A stretch of 19,107 nt of DNA from Candidatus Hodarchaeota archaeon (lineage in GTDB: Archaea > Asgardarchaeota > Heimdallarchaeia > Hodarchaeales > Hodarchaeaceae), in contig JAHQWW010000072.1 in NCBI GenBank assembly GCA_029856365.1, positions 1-19,107 of the forward strand, written 5' to 3'. Positions within the stretch are counted from its first letter, which is position 1. Each line of letters opens with the position of its first letter. Under the pieces are notes generated by a model. It was not told the origin of the DNA. It saw only the letters and a program-made list of their open reading frames with translations, and searched no databases. Below are positions 18,081 through 19,107 of this stretch, in pieces. A program made the position numbers and the translations under genes.

Positions 18081-18386
18081 ATGGGTAGAACCCTCCCCTC
18101 TTACAGAAGAATGATCGAAAAAGAACGTGCAATCTGGCAGCGAAACTACGCGGCTCGGCTTCGTGAGCCACATCGTACGAGTTTCACCGAACTCTGGCTA
18201 TATGTATTCCAGCTTGCGGACGCGGCTTCCACGAACACACGTCCTCTAGTCCTTGATAATGTCATGATGTCAATGTTGATCGGACAACACTCCGAAATTC
18301 AAAAGTTGAAGGATGAACAAACCAGGTTAAAGAAGAAACTGATACAAATCACAGAGCGAGGTAGTAACCCCAAGAGGGAAATTTAG
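18081..18386 (+). CDS. arCOG07300-like small helical protein associated with PolB2
   Basis: Characteristic MGRTLPSYR start, LREPHRTSFTELW, C-terminal coiled coil. RBS-like ggtgag upstream. Lies directly before polB2. Confidence 0.85.
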   Translation: MGRTLPSYRRMIEKERAIWQRNYAARLREPHRTSFTELWLYVFQLADAASTNTRPLVLDNVMMSMLIGQHSEIQKLKDEQTRLKKKLIQITERGSNPKREI

Positions 18387-18408
18387 TCAACTAATTGGAA
18401 CTACTAAC

Positions 18409-19107
18409 ATGTCTCAGATCCGCGCATGGCTCCACGAAGTCGAAGCTGCCGATTGGGGGGTCAATACGTACTGGATCAATGGGAGGAAGATCATTCAAGC
18501 CTTTTATCCCCTCACAGCAGAATTTTTTCTTGCGAAGACCGATAACTACACTGAAAAGCAATTGCTGAGTCATCCTCACATTGAGAGTATAGAAAGAGTG
18601 TCAAAGTATCTTTCTATCCACGACCAGAAACCATCATCTGTTCTTCGCATTCGAGTCAACCCTTGTCGAATTCGAACTACCTATGAAGACTTACGTAAGT
18701 ATTGGTGTCTCCACAATGCAGATCTGAGTTTGTGGCAGCAGTTTTGTTTTCAAACAGAGCTTTTTCCTTATGCTTACGCAGAAATCGATATTAGCAATGG
18801 ACATCTGAAGAACTGGCAGCTGCTTGAGTCCTATACTCAAATGGATTATCAACCAGTACCATTTCGTGTTCTTTGGTTTCAACCCTTTTTCGAAGACTCT
18901 AATCTTTCTCGGGGAAAAATAACAAGGATCATGATCCGCAAATCGGTAATTGATCAAGAGGAAGAGCCAATTGTTTTCGAAGAACAGACAGAGGCAGAAA
19001 TCATACGTAACAGCATCCAATGCATCCAACGAGTTGATCCTGATCTCTTATTTACGCAAGGGGGGGATACTTTCGTTCCGATTATCGCGGAGCATGCTGT
19101 ACAGGCG
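18409..19107 (+). CDS. polB2: Family B DNA polymerase, PolB2 group (5' part, runs off the window)
   Basis: Uninterrupted 233-codon frame from ATG 18409, not in the ORF track: MSQIRAWLHEVE..., LHNADLSLWQQFCFQTELFP, EAEIIRNSIQCIQRVDPDLLFTQGGDTF (degenerate exonuclease region). Cassette context supports the call. Confidence 0.82.
   Translation, partial: MSQIRAWLHEVEAADWGVNTYWINGRKIIQAFYPLTAEFFLAKTDNYTEKQLLSHPHIESIERVSKYLSIHDQKPSSVLRIRVNPCRIRTTYEDLRKYWCLHNADLSLWQQFCFQTELFPYAYAEIDISNGHLKNWQLLESYTQMDYQPVPFRVLWFQPFFEDSNLSRGKITRIMIRKSVIDQEEEPIVFEEQTEAEIIRNSIQCIQRVDPDLLFTQGGDTFVPIIAEHAVQA

Noticed and set aside
18391-19029. Minus-strand ORFs 18391-18579 and 18691-19029 (also 17412-17639, 14295-14501, 12212-12412)
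   Set aside because: Shadows of polB2 and other supported genes.
1-19107. CRISPR array, tRNA or rRNA genes
   Set aside because: No regularly spaced repeats, cloverleaf or rRNA-like sequence was seen by eye.

Overview
AT-rich archaeal window. An Asgard-like origin (possibly Heimdallarchaeia/Hodarchaeales) is inferred from gene content and style only. The first ~1.4 kb looks chimeric: a truncated Zn-ribbon membrane gene, a truncated NiFe-hydrogenase large subunit, and a DUF169-like N-terminus fused to a headless hydrogenase small subunit. Next come an ICMT-family methyltransferase, an ABC-2 exporter and a GbsR/MarR-type regulator whose promoter regions share a 26-bp operator-like motif, an alpha/beta hydrolase, an MFS transporter, an XPB/Rad25-like helicase with an uncalled N-terminal Zn finger, and a DUF72 gene. 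These are followed by an internally deleted tnpB remnant that retains a structured 3' end, a GH38 alpha-mannosidase, and a RadA-like/arCOG07300/PolB2 cassette carrying the scar of a duplication with reciprocal deletion. The standout observation is a 31-nt canonical bulge-helix-bulge (tRNA-type) intron at 13201-13231 in the GH38 gene. Cutting at the standard BHB positions exactly restores the conserved HTHWD-REWY metal-binding motif and the reading frame, which points to mRNA splicing of a metabolic gene.
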